Source: Octopus vulgaris (lineage: Eukaryota). Taken from it: 64,000 bases of DNA. The stretch covers positions 44,454,001 through 44,518,000 of the forward strand of contig OX597827.1 of the NCBI GenBank assembly GCA_951406725.2, read 5' to 3'. This document shows, one piece after another, positions 51,830 through 64,000 of this stretch; the first letter of the stretch is position 1; every line of letters begins with the position of its first letter. The position numbers and the translations under genes were made by a program. The notes below the pieces were generated by a model. The model did no database searches. It saw only the letters and a list, made by a program, of their open reading frames with translations, and was not told where the DNA came from.

Positions 51830-54056
51830 AATCAATACCAATGGAAAAAATTGAATAATTAAGTCCTACATACAATGCAAGCTGGTACATGGATTAATTA
51901 GTGATGTACTCACTGCCACTGCATTAACTCAGAATCCTTCAGCTGAGAGTACAATAGTCTCTACACTTTAATGCAACTTATCAAGCATAAAAATGCTGGA
52001 TAACGGTGAAAAATCTGTCTTCATCACCATTAATTTTCTTGGGAAAAGCATGATACCACAGCTTCACCCAAAATGTGAAGCCTTTATGAACAGCTAAAAT
52101 AGATTATGAAATAGGTCAGCAGTGGTCTTCAACTTGACCTTCAATATATGAAGGTTTATCCAACAAAAAATCGTTGCTCTTCATAGAATTAAAATACATG
52201 GACCCTGTATGCCATCTTTGACAAGCTAGAAACAACAGCACAATCAATCTATGTCTTAGCAAAAACAAAAAGAAAGAAAAATATACATAGATGTATGTCT
52301 AAGAATATATCATCCAAAGTAAAACAATATATAGCAATAAAAAATGTTAGATAAAATACAATCAAACCAAAAGTTGCATCAATTCTAAGAATTGAAACTT
52401 TTACTGAGAAATATCACTACAGAGCTTCTTGATGATGATGATGATGATGATGACAATGATGCTTTGTATTTCAAAGAATCTAGTTACCTGACCAACAGTT
52501 ACAAAATATACCCCCAAACCCCAGATTGGCTTTAAGGGCTAGAGTTTACATCAAATTGATGTTAATAAGTGGATGAAAGACAAATCTCCATCTGGATAAA
52601 CCAGTAATCTGGTATCTTTTCTTAATGGCTAAATAAATTGAGGTGTACAGAATTAAATGTACTTAAACTGAAGTACCACCTTGAAAACATCAAAGGTGAC
52701 TCAGCCACACAAAACATCTATTTTCTATATCCTAGTCCATGGAAAGACTTGTACTAATTATTATTTGTGAGCTAACAAAGCAGGCATTAATTATGAAGTG
52801 CTTCCTGGAACAAGCTTTACAGTTAAGTGGATTAAGATGACAAGTGTTCCAAGCTATGGATATTGTACAGTAGCTGTAAGGATAGGAAGCAACAACTGTT
52901 TGACCAGCTACCCAATGACCAAGACCTTCAGTGACTCCTATTGGCTCTCTAAGTATGTCGGCAGCACAAAGGATTTAATGTGTATCAATGTCATCTAGGA
53001 GATAAATGTCATCTGTTGGCTACTTTCCACCAGGAAACTCTGTAAGCAACCATGACCTCATGCAATTTAAACTTACCATTTTTAAAAGATATTATGAGTT
53101 AGTATATTGATATGCTGACTAAAAGAGTAGTCATTACTATTTCATTACTACTCAGTCATTGGATCCTTTAGCAAATAGCAAGGCTTCTATTGGTGAGGTA
53201 TGACCATTTGCACATACACATTCAGGGTTAGGAAAGACTGTTTTGTCTCTGAGGAAGACAGATAGATGCTGATGCATGCAAGTTACTCTTCTCCATTCCA
53301 CCAATGCTATCCAAAAAGAGAGGCTACTGATCTGTGCCCAGGTATTGCTATCAGAGCATAAAAAACCAAAACAGATACTATAAGACATCTCTGCCCAACT
53401 CTTTAAAGGGTTTACCAATTCACAGTCCTGGTATTTTTTTTTATCAACTCTGAAAGGAAGAAAAGCTAAGTTAACCATGGCAGGATTTGAACTAGGAATG
53501 CAAGGAGCCAGAACAAATAACCTGAGACACACTTTACCAACTCATCACTTATAACCAAATCACCGAACTGTAATGAAAAAAAAATGATTTGTCATAGAAC
53601 AAAAGTTGCAATAAAGTGGCATTTAGCCCTAATTATGACTTCAAAAGCTCATCTGTTCCATTAAACCTATATTTCCTATACAAGGATATCCAAGTTTCAT
53701 CTCTAACCCAAGAGGCCAGATAAACTAAATTCTGACAGAAGTTGATTTGGTATTACATAATGTTTTACAATTCCTGATTGGATAACATGTATGTATAAAA
53801 ATTGAGTCAAAGGAAGAAATAGATTATTTCTAAAGGAATGTTCCTAGATAAAAAGCACCCAAGCTTCAGTGATATATTAACAATAATAACAGTTTCTAAC
53901 ATTGGCATATTAGGAAAGGAGGAATAAGTCAACTGAATCAAATCCAGAACTTGATTGGAACTTAACACAATAATGATGATGATGATGAATTCTTTATTAA
54001 CCACAAAGGGTTAACAAAAACAAAGGATGGCACAGGACAAAATATTGAGCATGTGT

Positions 54057-54057
54057 T

Positions 54058-54094
<37 letters not shown>
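54057..54094 (+). repeat. (TAG)n microsatellite
   Basis: Pure tract; a complementary (TAC)n tract lies at ~38021-38072. Confidence 0.95.
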
Positions 54095-54749
54095 AAACTA
54101 CAATAATAATAATAAAGCATCAAATTTTTGCACAAGGCCAGCAACTTTTTTGGAGATAGGAGTTAGTTGATACTATCAACGCAAGATTTGACCTCAGCAG
54201 GATTTCCATTTCAGACTGTTAAAATGGTACAGGGCATATTTTTCTGACACTAACAACTCTGCTAGATCGCAGCCGCACATCAACAACAACGATAATAATG
54301 TTACATTGGCTCTAGGCCACAAATATATAAGGGAGATATAGAGATACGAATAAACCCCTAGTATAGTATTGATACTGATTTTATTGACCAGAGACAAAAG
54401 AAAGGAAAAGTGTATCCAAGAGTGATTTGTAGTCAATGCAAAGGAATAAATACAACTGAATGCTGTAAGGCATTTTATCTTGTTATCAACTGATTTTGAC
54501 AACTATTGCAGCTTTACCAATAATATCTTATTGAACTACGAAGCACTTTCTTACCAAGTAATAATTTACTACAATTACTTAACTGGTGTTGCATTCTACT
54601 CTGCATTAATATTTTCAGGAACAAAAACAAAAGGAAAATAAAAATAAAAGGTCTCCAATCAATTTCAAGAGATTAAGTTATGACAGATTAACAAATAAAT
54701 TAGTGCAGCTTAAATGAGAGGCACAGATTGGATTTATGCCAAGTCAGAG

Positions 54750-55935
54750 AGTACCCTCTTTCTAGCAAGGCAAAATACAAGCAAACCAAACCACTATAAT
54801 TAATATTTGTGGATCTGGAGGAAAATCTTTGGCAAGATAACTGCTCCGAAGCTAGACGGTCATTAAAAAAGGTAGGTAGAGATGAATAGTTTGTGAGAAG
54901 CATCCAAGTTATGTACAGAGATGCTGTCAAGATGAGAGTTAGCAATGAGTTCAGTGAGGATTTTAGTGTGCAGGTAGATCTCAATCAAGGATCAGTTCTT
55001 AACCCCAGTCCTGTTAATTATAAATCTCCAGACCCTAACAGAGAAGTTTAAGATTGGCTATTCATGGAAAATCTACGTTGAAGTCATCTATAGTTCTCAT
55101 GGTTGTTTCCATTTAAGTAGATCTCAAAGTAAACCTGAAAAAGACTAAAGTCTTAGTCAAGGAGGAACTGTAAGACAGTATCTACTGCCATCTGGGAAGT
55201 GACCATGTGCAATATGCAGGAAGAGTTGACAAATTCTATGAGGTGTACCCAACTATTGGTGCACGAGATATATAGTGGGATCAGAAGCACAATAACAGGA
55301 AATAAAGACTATGTCTGTGACAGATAGCCAAAAACAGTTAGCAATCATCCATGTAATAAATTATTTTAATGCTCAGATGGCTCCCTAGAAGTAGTTGGTA
55401 GTTCTTTTGTTTCCTAGGTGACCTTAATTAGTACTTGAAGAGGTACTCCAAAAGCATACTAGGTGTAAAATGTTCAAGGAGCTGTTACTTCTGAAAATAA
55501 AAAGATTTTTTTTCCTTCAAGTGAAGAGTAGCTAGCATGATGCATAGTTGCCTAACATGGAGACTAAATTCAAGTGATGTGCATTATGTGTGCTGAAAAG
55601 AATGAAACAAGTATGCCTAATTGGATGTGCAATGAAGTATGCCTGAATAACAAAGCACAAATGAGCTGACAGAGAAACTGGATACTTCATGCATTAAAAT
55701 ATAGTGTGCAAAAAGAGAAAACTGCACTGGTGCGGACATATAATATGTATGGATGATGATAGTTGATTAAGTGCTAAAAGATTTGAGAGGAAGAAAACAA
55801 CCATAGGCAGAAATGCTGACAATAAATCTTGGGAGATAAAACCACACAAAGGACATGACAAAAAATACTACAAACTGCAACATGCTGAGGAGGAGACCTT
55901 CCCAGCATGGAAAACAGAGATAGAAATGTTAAATG
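54750..55935 (+). pseudogene. 5'-truncated decayed RTE LINE (RT domain to 3' tail)
   Basis: IFVDLE, VMYRDAVKMRVSNEFSEDFSVQVDLNQGSVLNP, KVNLKKTKVLV, PCAICRK, FLGDL, NETSMPNWMCN, KLHWCGHI; many stops and frameshifts; ends in the ccagcatggaaaa tail. Confidence 0.9.
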
Positions 55936-57154
55936 TTAGCATATTTAACTGTGTTAAGTAGAAATAAATAATGAAAAAAGAAAAAGAGAGTTAATGATTG
56001 TTTTTGTTTTCTTATAGGAGACAATTCCAGACAGGTTTTGGTCTTATTCTGACCTCATCAAACTCGACAAAGTATAACAGTTTACTGTACATGTGGGAGT
56101 AATGATCAAAGAAATCATTACATTAAAATGTACAAAAACTGTATTTTATCATAAACAGCTATTAATTAATCTCATCTGCTTCACAATAAAGCGACTCTGG
56201 AGATTAAAAAATATATTTATGAGCTTAATTAATAAAACGATTTCAAACCAAGAATAGAATTTAAAACAGAGGCCACTGAAATAGATCCTAATTAAGAAAT
56301 GAAACAAGTAAAACTAAACAAAAGACAGCCAGTCATTTCAGAATAATTACTGGCACCCAATGACAAAATCACAATTTTTATTTATACATTTTTTGCTTTA
56401 TTTCAGGTTCAGAAACAAACATGCAAACAAAAGAAATATCCCCATTACTTTAGTTTGAAATCCAGTACACCTGTGTAGGTCAATCATACTTGCCAATGAA
56501 ATTAAGTCAGCAGGTGTGGTGATGTGTGTGTGTGAATACACATACACACACACAACCACATCTGTTTAATCCCACAAAAATTATTTTAACCATTCCTTAC
56601 AATGAAGCATGTGTATATGTCTGTCAGTCAATCCTGCCAAGTACCATGCAATTCTTCCTAGCCAACTATTTTACCAATAAAAGTTTTTATTCTATTTACT
56701 CTTCTAAAAAGCTATTGAACTCTTTCTGGCAATGTTTCTAACCAATTGAATGTTACAATTAATTTTCAATTAATGAAAACTTCCAAAGAGATTTACTGCA
56801 ATATCAGTAATACCATATGCAACTTAATTATAACATTTTTTTTTTATTAGTTTCAACCAAGCTGTGGCAGAAACATAAATATGCATATACTCAATAAAGT
56901 TGGTCACATTACTTGATTTCTATTAATTTTATTAACCCCCCCAAAATGCCCACAGGCAAAAGCAGCTTCAGCAACATATTGAACTCAGAATGCAACAGAT
57001 CAGAACTACATGTCATTCAATGGAATGGATGAAAGAGTATTTTGCAACCAAGTTTTGCACTAGCAAATTCCAACATCCATAGCACAGATACAGTTTCCAA
57101 TTCAAATATCAAGTCTTGGTCTAGCTAAAAGGATAATAATAAAGGGCTGAAAGA

Positions 57155-57412
57155 CAGGAGTGTAGCTTGGGCAGGGCAAGCAGGGCACATGCCCTGGGTG
57201 CCACTTTGGCCACGATCATTTTCTAATTAAGTCATTAAAAAAAATTTTTTTAACCTGTTCAGGCATGGTTTGTTTTGCTTATTGCTAGTCAATTTTTTAA
57301 AACCAGTTATTCATTTTTTCTATAAGAATTTCCACTTTCTGGTGGTGGTGGTGGGGTGGGGGCACAATTTTGATGATTGCCCTGGGCGTCATTTACCCTA
57401 ACTACACCCCTG
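57155..57412. mobile_element. hAT-type MITE
   Basis: TIRs CAGGAGTGTAG and CTACACCCCTG (10/11); 8-bp flanks CTGAAAGA and CTGAACGG (6/8). Confidence 0.8.
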
Positions 57413-57617
57413 CTGAACGGTAATAATATTCTTAGGAAATATTAGAATAGATGTAACCAAAATTAAAGCATACACACAAAATTAACAACAAAAAAAGAAC
57501 CTGATGAATGAATAAGTTCTGTTTCATTGTCCAAAGACAGGAATGTATTAATGATAAGTTTCTGGCATTTTAAAATTATGGAGAGCTTTAATTTTCAAAG
57601 TTCCCATACCCTGTTCA

Positions 57618-57831
57618 CCCTTTTGTTACTGTATTTATTTTGAGATGCTCTGTGTTTCTTTCATTTACTTTAAATAAAACAAAGAATTTAGTAAAATAAA
57701 TTTGTTATCATTAAGCTAGTGTTAGGAACATAAATTAAGACTAAGGTTTGGTGGAAGATTTAAATTAAAAACTTATGAAAACAAGACATTTGTACTCAGA
57801 GCCGGTTTCAGCCGGGTTGGTAACGAAAGGG
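57618..57831. mobile_element. TTAA MITE family 2, opposite orientation to the 11461 copy
   Basis: TTCA|CCCTTTTGTTAC ... GTAACGAAAGGG|TTAA. Confidence 0.9.
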
Positions 57832-59176
57832 TTAATAATGTTCTTGAGACAGAGATGAATAACAGCAGATCCTATCCACCCTACTATGAATTAGGTGGCT
57901 TTTTTTTTAATCAAGTAAAAACAAAGACGGTATGTATTATTAAACAGATATGACCATGTCTAAGCTACTTACTACACTGGAATCAACACTATTTGCAATT
58001 TCATCAATGAAATTTTCAAACTGAAACAAATTTTGAATTCTGAGTTGCATATAATGTCAGTGACCAGGTTGAAGATGTCGTGCATGATACTGTCAAAGAA
58101 TAAAAAGTGAAACAACAGCACATCATTGTTTATATGGTCATTATACATCTACCACAATGCAAATTTTGAAAACATATGTGCATGTGTGCATGCATATGCA
58201 CATGTATATATAGAGAAAGAGGTATCGTTAATAATGGAACTCGAAGCAAGGAGAGCTAAGTATTGGCTGGTAAAAGTTAAAGGTTACATGAAGGATGCAA
58301 ACCCACATTTTCTGTAAATGTTCAGCCATTTTATATGTCACGGAGGAAGGAGGAGAAGAGTTACATACAACCTCAACTCTGACAATGACAGTATTTGACT
58401 CTTAGCAAAAGTTTATGTCAATCATAAGTGTGGAGTTTTATCACCATCTGCATGCATCGATGATCTCACTGCACATTCGGTCACCAACACCTGAATTTTT
58501 ATCTCCTTTCACATTGCTTTTTCTCTAATTTTACTTTTATTATTATTCCTGAGGAAAGTGGACAAAAATATAATAGAGAGTAGATCCTACGCACAATATG
58601 CCAAATAGCATACACATTTGAAAGTAAATGTACACATATACATCTAAATATTCATACGTATGTACATATACGCACATGTATGTATGTATGCATATATATA
58701 TAAACACACATGTGATATATAGACAAATAGACATGTACATATGCACACACAGTACGCACACATTTACATCTATATACGCTAACACAGACCAACACCAACC
58801 TCTTTGAAGTCTGATCATTAGACACCCATACATATATATACACATATATGTTTAAAATTTTTAATTATCAATATTTGGAAATTGTATGTCAGGAACTATA
58901 TATATTTCAGATAAATAACTGGACAAATGAAGACAAGGTAAAACATATGACTTACAGCTAAACTAGAAAATTGTACATATTTAGAAATTATAATTCTAAA
59001 TATTTAGAAATTTTATGCAGATGTACTTAATTCAGAATTTACTGATGGTAACTAAAACATGTGTCAAGAACCACATGTTGGCATTTCTAGGCAATCATAT
59101 CTTCTAGCATTACAGACATTTGAAATGTATAATTGCATAAGAACACTTGCTAAAGTATATTCTACAATCAACAAGT

Positions 59177-59410
59177 GTAGGCATGACTATCTAGTAAAGA
59201 AGCTCGCTATGTAGGTTCAGCCCCACCGTGCGACACCTTGGGCAAGTGTCTTCTGTTATAGCCTGTGGCCAACCAATGCCTTGTGAAGAAATTTGGTAGA
59301 TGGAAGTTGTATGAAAGCCAGAGACCAAAAGAGTAAACGAAAATAAGTACTAGGTTCCATGTGGTGCCCCAGCATGACTTTGGTCCAATGTCTGAAACAA
59401 ATAAAAGAAT
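59177..59410 (+). mobile_element. SINE family A, internally deleted
   Basis: ggttcagccccaccgtgcgacaccttgggcaagtgtcttc...ctgaaacaaataaaaga. Confidence 0.85.
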
Positions 59411-59479
59411 ACAGCAAACTAAACGATTATAAATCCACCCCCTCTATTCCCTCTTGACCATTCCAGCTCACTTAACATC

Positions 59480-59615
59480 CCCATAACAGAACCCTTCCTG
59501 CATCATGGAAACAGCTTCATTCCCATTCGCCCCAGATTAAATTTCTCAACTCCCTACCTGAAGCCTATAATAATAGCGACAACTTTCACATCTGCTTGCC
59601 TCACCTTCTTTAATA
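59480..59615 (+). pseudogene. Possible CR1/L2-type LINE C-terminal remnant
   Basis: Frameshifted NSFIP...NSLPEA resembles the conserved SF.P...WNSLP motif. Confidence 0.35.
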
Positions 59616-60469
59616 ACTAAAGCCCATCATTGGGAGGTGTGGCTTTTCAACCATAATGAAAGTGAATTCAACTGAAGCTGGGAAGTATACAAAATGGATT
59701 CTATCACAACAGCATGAGATGAAGATATGCACTTGATGAGGTGCAGCAAAGGCAACCAGTCTCAGAGAGCAGTAATTTCAAATAAAAACTAATGCAGTGT
59801 ATAGAAAACACTTTAGTCCAAATGGAGAACCTTTTCATACCAGTGGGTCAATAAAATTCACCCAGTTTATTCTCTAAATTGGTTAGTAATAAGAATGACA
59901 TCCAGCCATAACCAATATAAAAGAAAGGAGAGAGAGAGAGAAAGTCAGTTTTCTTCATACTATTAGATGAAGAACTATCACAAAAATAAAGCTTAAAATA
60001 ATGACAACATACACACATATTTTATCTTCTTGAGCTACTCCAATGATAATGTTAATTCCATTGAAAGATTTGGATTTCTTTTCTTTTTTGAACTCCACTT
60101 AGACATTCATATCCATTGAGATGGTTTCCATCAATTCATCTGTTTGTAGACCTAGACATATTACACACACACACTGCAATGGGAATGCCATTTATTTTTA
60201 GCTAGAGAGAAAGTATACTTGCCTATGAGAAAATTGCAGCGATAAATAAAATTTCAACCTCTTAAGTCTACATTAACATTGAGTAGTCTACAACATAAAT
60301 GACCTCATGTGTGTGCGTGATTTGATTTTTTTTTTTTTTTACCACTTAAGAATTAACTCCAGTTTCTTGATATTACTGTCTTGTGTTAACTGCCCCAGCC
60401 ATTTAAAACATTCATATTTCAATTAAAATTGCAATCAAATTACATTATTATTATTATTATTATTATTAC

Positions 60470-60700
60470 GGTGACAAGCTGGCAGAATCATTAGCATGCC
60501 AGGCAAAAATGCTTAGCGACATTTTGTCTGTCTTTTACGTTCTAAGTTCAAATTCTGCTGAGGGTGATTTTGCCTTCTATCCTTTCGGGGTCAATAAATT
60601 AAGTACCAGTGAAACACTGGAGTTGATGTGATCAACTAGTCCCCTCCCACCAAATTTCAGACCTTGTGCGTTTAGGAGAAAGGATCATCATCATCATCAC
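60470..60700 (+). mobile_element. SINE family B, full length
   Basis: aagctggcagaatcattagc...ttgccttctatcctttcggggtcaataaattaagtaccag; (ATC)n tail. Confidence 0.9.
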
Positions 60701-61625
60701 GTGTCACTTCTCCAACCATTCAAGTTTAAATTAAAATCGCAATCAAAACTACATTATAATTATTATTACTACATGTGTTATATTCAAAACTCAAATAAAT
60801 AAAATTTTTAAAAAAAACAGTCATTTTACTGAAGTCATCCATTATTTTTTTTTCCACTAATATTTTGAAATGAAACATTAACAACTAAGCAGTTTATTCT
60901 TTGTTGGAAATAGGGTCACAAAGGGATTTAATTAAAGTCTAATGATTCAATAGCAGTGACCCAAGAAGGAATAGCTCTCAGAAATACGTGGAAGCTAATC
61001 AATCATGCTAGCCTACTTCACAGAGATTTTGCCCAAATGCTACTACTACTACTACTAACTACTTTTACAAGCTCAGCATCACTAAAATACCATATTCAAA
61101 TTTTGGATCTGGGAAGACAGATAAAATCTGGCTGTGATACAAAACTTTCAAGTTGCTTTTGTCTATAATTTATAATCCTTCAAATTCCACTTTCAAATTT
61201 TGCAGAGATCACCTTTCCCTTCCATTGTTTCAAAGTCAATGGAAAATGATGAGGAAAGGAGCAGCACATTCTTTATTGGGCTGTCCAAGTGAGGAAATAA
61301 TAAGGGACTACTGCCAAGTGATAGATACTTGTAATACAGCTGACAGAAAATACAGATAGATGAAATTCCCAACAGATACTCATACAAGATTAGGCAAAGC
61401 ACAGTGCATACAAAGACTGTTGGGTTGCTCTGGTTAATCCCTGTTTGAATACAGTTAAGTTGTTGACCTGAATTGTTGTGTTATGTCACAATAATATTTA
61501 AGATAAAGAATGTGTAATCTTGATTTTTTTTTTTTCCTACTGATAAGCAGGTAGTTATATTCAAAGTAACTTCTACTGATATAGAATGCTTGTTGGGCTG
61601 ATTGGTTTACAAAAACTGGTCGTTT

Positions 61626-61676
<51 letters not shown>

Positions 61677-62737
61677 AGGTTTCTCTTTTGTTTTTGTGTC
61701 TTTTTACAAGCAAGACACTCATCGAGAAATGCACATTACAGGCACTGGGTTGAGCATTCAGATCCAATTACACATTACTTGACTCAGTTTGCTCATTTAG
61801 AAATTTAACTCCATCCCCCACACCCACAAAAAGAGAGACAACTACACTAATCCTCAAGTCACTTGGCATTTAAGAAAAAATGGTATCCAGTTGTAAAATG
61901 CCTGCTGAAGAGAGAGAGAGAATGAAAGAAAATGTTAAATCTACACTTCTCCATCCCCACTCTCTCTTTAGAGGATAGAGTGACATAGTTGGATCTTCAC
62001 AAATGGAATTACAAATAATTTTAATTAATTGAAATAACAGATGGGGGAGGGATGCTCCCACCCCTCTCATTTACTGGGTTTTTTTTGCTTGCTTTTTTTT
62101 TACAATCAAACAAGATATCTGATATTAAATCATTATCATAGCCTCATTATTCATTATGAAGAATAACACAACTATTTACTTTATTTTATTTTGTTTTAAA
62201 AGAAAACAAAACCAAAAAAACAACCATTTTAATGACAGTTTAAAATCCATCATTGTATGATGAGGTCCTCCAAAAAAGGCCAAAAAATTATAATATAAGT
62301 TGTTTATTATTTTGCTTCCCTCTAAATTACTAAAAAAAAAAAATCAATAAAGCTAAAAGGAGGAAACATTTGCAAGCACACAGCGTACCACCACCACCAC
62401 CACCACCATCATAAAGACTCGCTATGTGCGATGATGCTATTTCTTTACCAAACAACACATTCCTTCATGATTAGAAATGTAGGAAAAGTAATAAATGGGA
62501 GGAGGAGGAGGAGGAGGAGGAGGGAGGGAGGGAGAGAGAGTATGTGTCAGTGTGCACTTGCGCGCATGTATGCGTGTGTGTAGCTGTTCGACTTGCATTA
62601 CAACACTGATGTTGCACTAAGTAGACAAATATTCCAAAAATTGCAACAAACAAACAAAAATCAATGAAAACAAATAAATAAATGCCTCTAGCAATTGTGG
62701 GTGTGGCAGGGAGGGGAGAGGCACTGTGTGTGTGTGT

Positions 62738-62775
<38 letters not shown>

Positions 62776-63092
62776 AGGGGGGGATGATTGGAGAGGTAAG
62801 AAAAGACTTGCTCAGCTCCGTAGTAATGATAACTAACTACTATAGCAGTAGTTGAAACCTTGCTTCTTCCTCTTCTACAACAACCCACACGCCATTCCAC
62901 CTGCGGCCCCTCCCACCCCACCCCACACCCACCATACATTAACCGATATTCCTGCACCAACACTGTGTTACCAATAGTTTAGATACACAAGCCAGACAAT
63001 TTATTGAACACATAACCAAAATAGAAATTTTGTTTGATTTTTGGTCGTTTGTGTTTTAAGAGTGGGGGTCGCTTTGTTGCCCACACCATCAC

Positions 63093-63133
<41 letters not shown>

Positions 63134-63732
63134 CCATTTAAACAGCCACTCAAAATATTGATTATTTAATTTCTTTGAGAATAAAATCAAGGCTCCTTTA
63201 CCTTCATAATAAAAGGAAGCAGGCATAAATTGGATGAATAATCTCATGTTGTTTGGTATATTACTGGCATTCAGGAAAACCTAGTTAGTGTAACAAACAG
63301 ATAGGACCTAGAGATCTTTATGAATAAAAAAATAATAAAGCTTGACTTTAGATGGTTTTGGTTCATAATAGTGAAAATGTAAGAGCAATGAAAGCCTTTG
63401 GCTTAAGAGTGAAAAGAATACCATAATGATAGCATGGCTACAAAAGAAAGCAACTAGTCAGTGTTAGATTTTTTGATATATTTCAGTGGAAACATTTTGG
63501 TAGGTGGATAAGGTAGGAGTGGCTAGAAGACAGCATGTAAATATAAGATGAAAATATTTCTATTATCAATATATTTAATCTTTCACAAAATGTCTACTTT
63601 GTTAGAGTAGAAGGTTTTTATGTTTGCCAACTACTCTAGTGCCTCAAATTGCAGAGTTCAAAGACCTGAAGTCCGGTGAGGTTTATGTGTATATAACTGC
63701 ATTTATATTACTGTATACAAACATGTATGTAT

Positions 63733-63930
63733 GGAGGTGCATGGCTTAATTGTTAAGGTGTTGGACTCCTGTTCGTGTGTGGTTTCAATTCCTAGATCAG
63801 GCAATGCATTATAATCTTGAGCAAAACACTTCATTCTACATTGCTCCAGCTCACTCAGCAGGTAAAAATGAGTAATCCTACAAGGGTCTGGCATCCCATC
63901 CAGAGAAACCAGGAGACCAGCCATATGCTC
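63733..63930 (+). mobile_element. tRNA-CORE SINE (family C-like)
   Basis: ggaggtgcatggcttaattg...tcttgagcaaaacacttcattctacattgctccagctcactcagc..aaatgagt. Confidence 0.8.
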
Positions 63931-64000
63931 CTCACAGAGTAATGTGAACTAACCATACATGTATGGATGTGAACATGCATCATATGTGTATGAACTTACA

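Noticed and set aside
48-63924. All ORFs in the supplied six-frame track, including 11107-11568 (153 aa) and 53152-53532
   Set aside because: Short, often with non-ATG starts, and mostly translations of SINEs, MITEs or microsatellites (IYIYIY, ERERER); no recognisable domains.

Overview
AT-rich, CpG-depleted, repeat-dense eukaryotic DNA whose SINE, RTE and microsatellite content looks like an octopus (coleoid cephalopod) genome; this assignment is from recall, not a search. No ORF in the supplied track is a credible gene. The one well-supported exon is on the minus strand (5700->5402). It holds a 5'UTR with no upstream ATG and a start codon giving MDPGNKRARFDKP+G (phase 1), resembling the NLS-bearing first coding exon of CtBP (tentative). 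The rest is probably intron of that gene, filled with three tRNA-SINE families, decayed RTE and other LINE fragments, TTAA (piggyBac-type), hAT and Tc1/mariner MITEs, a non-autonomous Helitron and Penelope-type remnants. The most notable observations are three different Penelope-type minimal hammerhead ribozyme motifs (one with an intact core, one in the tail of a TSD-flanked tRNA-headed SINE), an inverted SINE pair just upstream of the exon's acceptor, and stacks of nested MITEs and SINEs. Ends of degenerate repeats are approximate.
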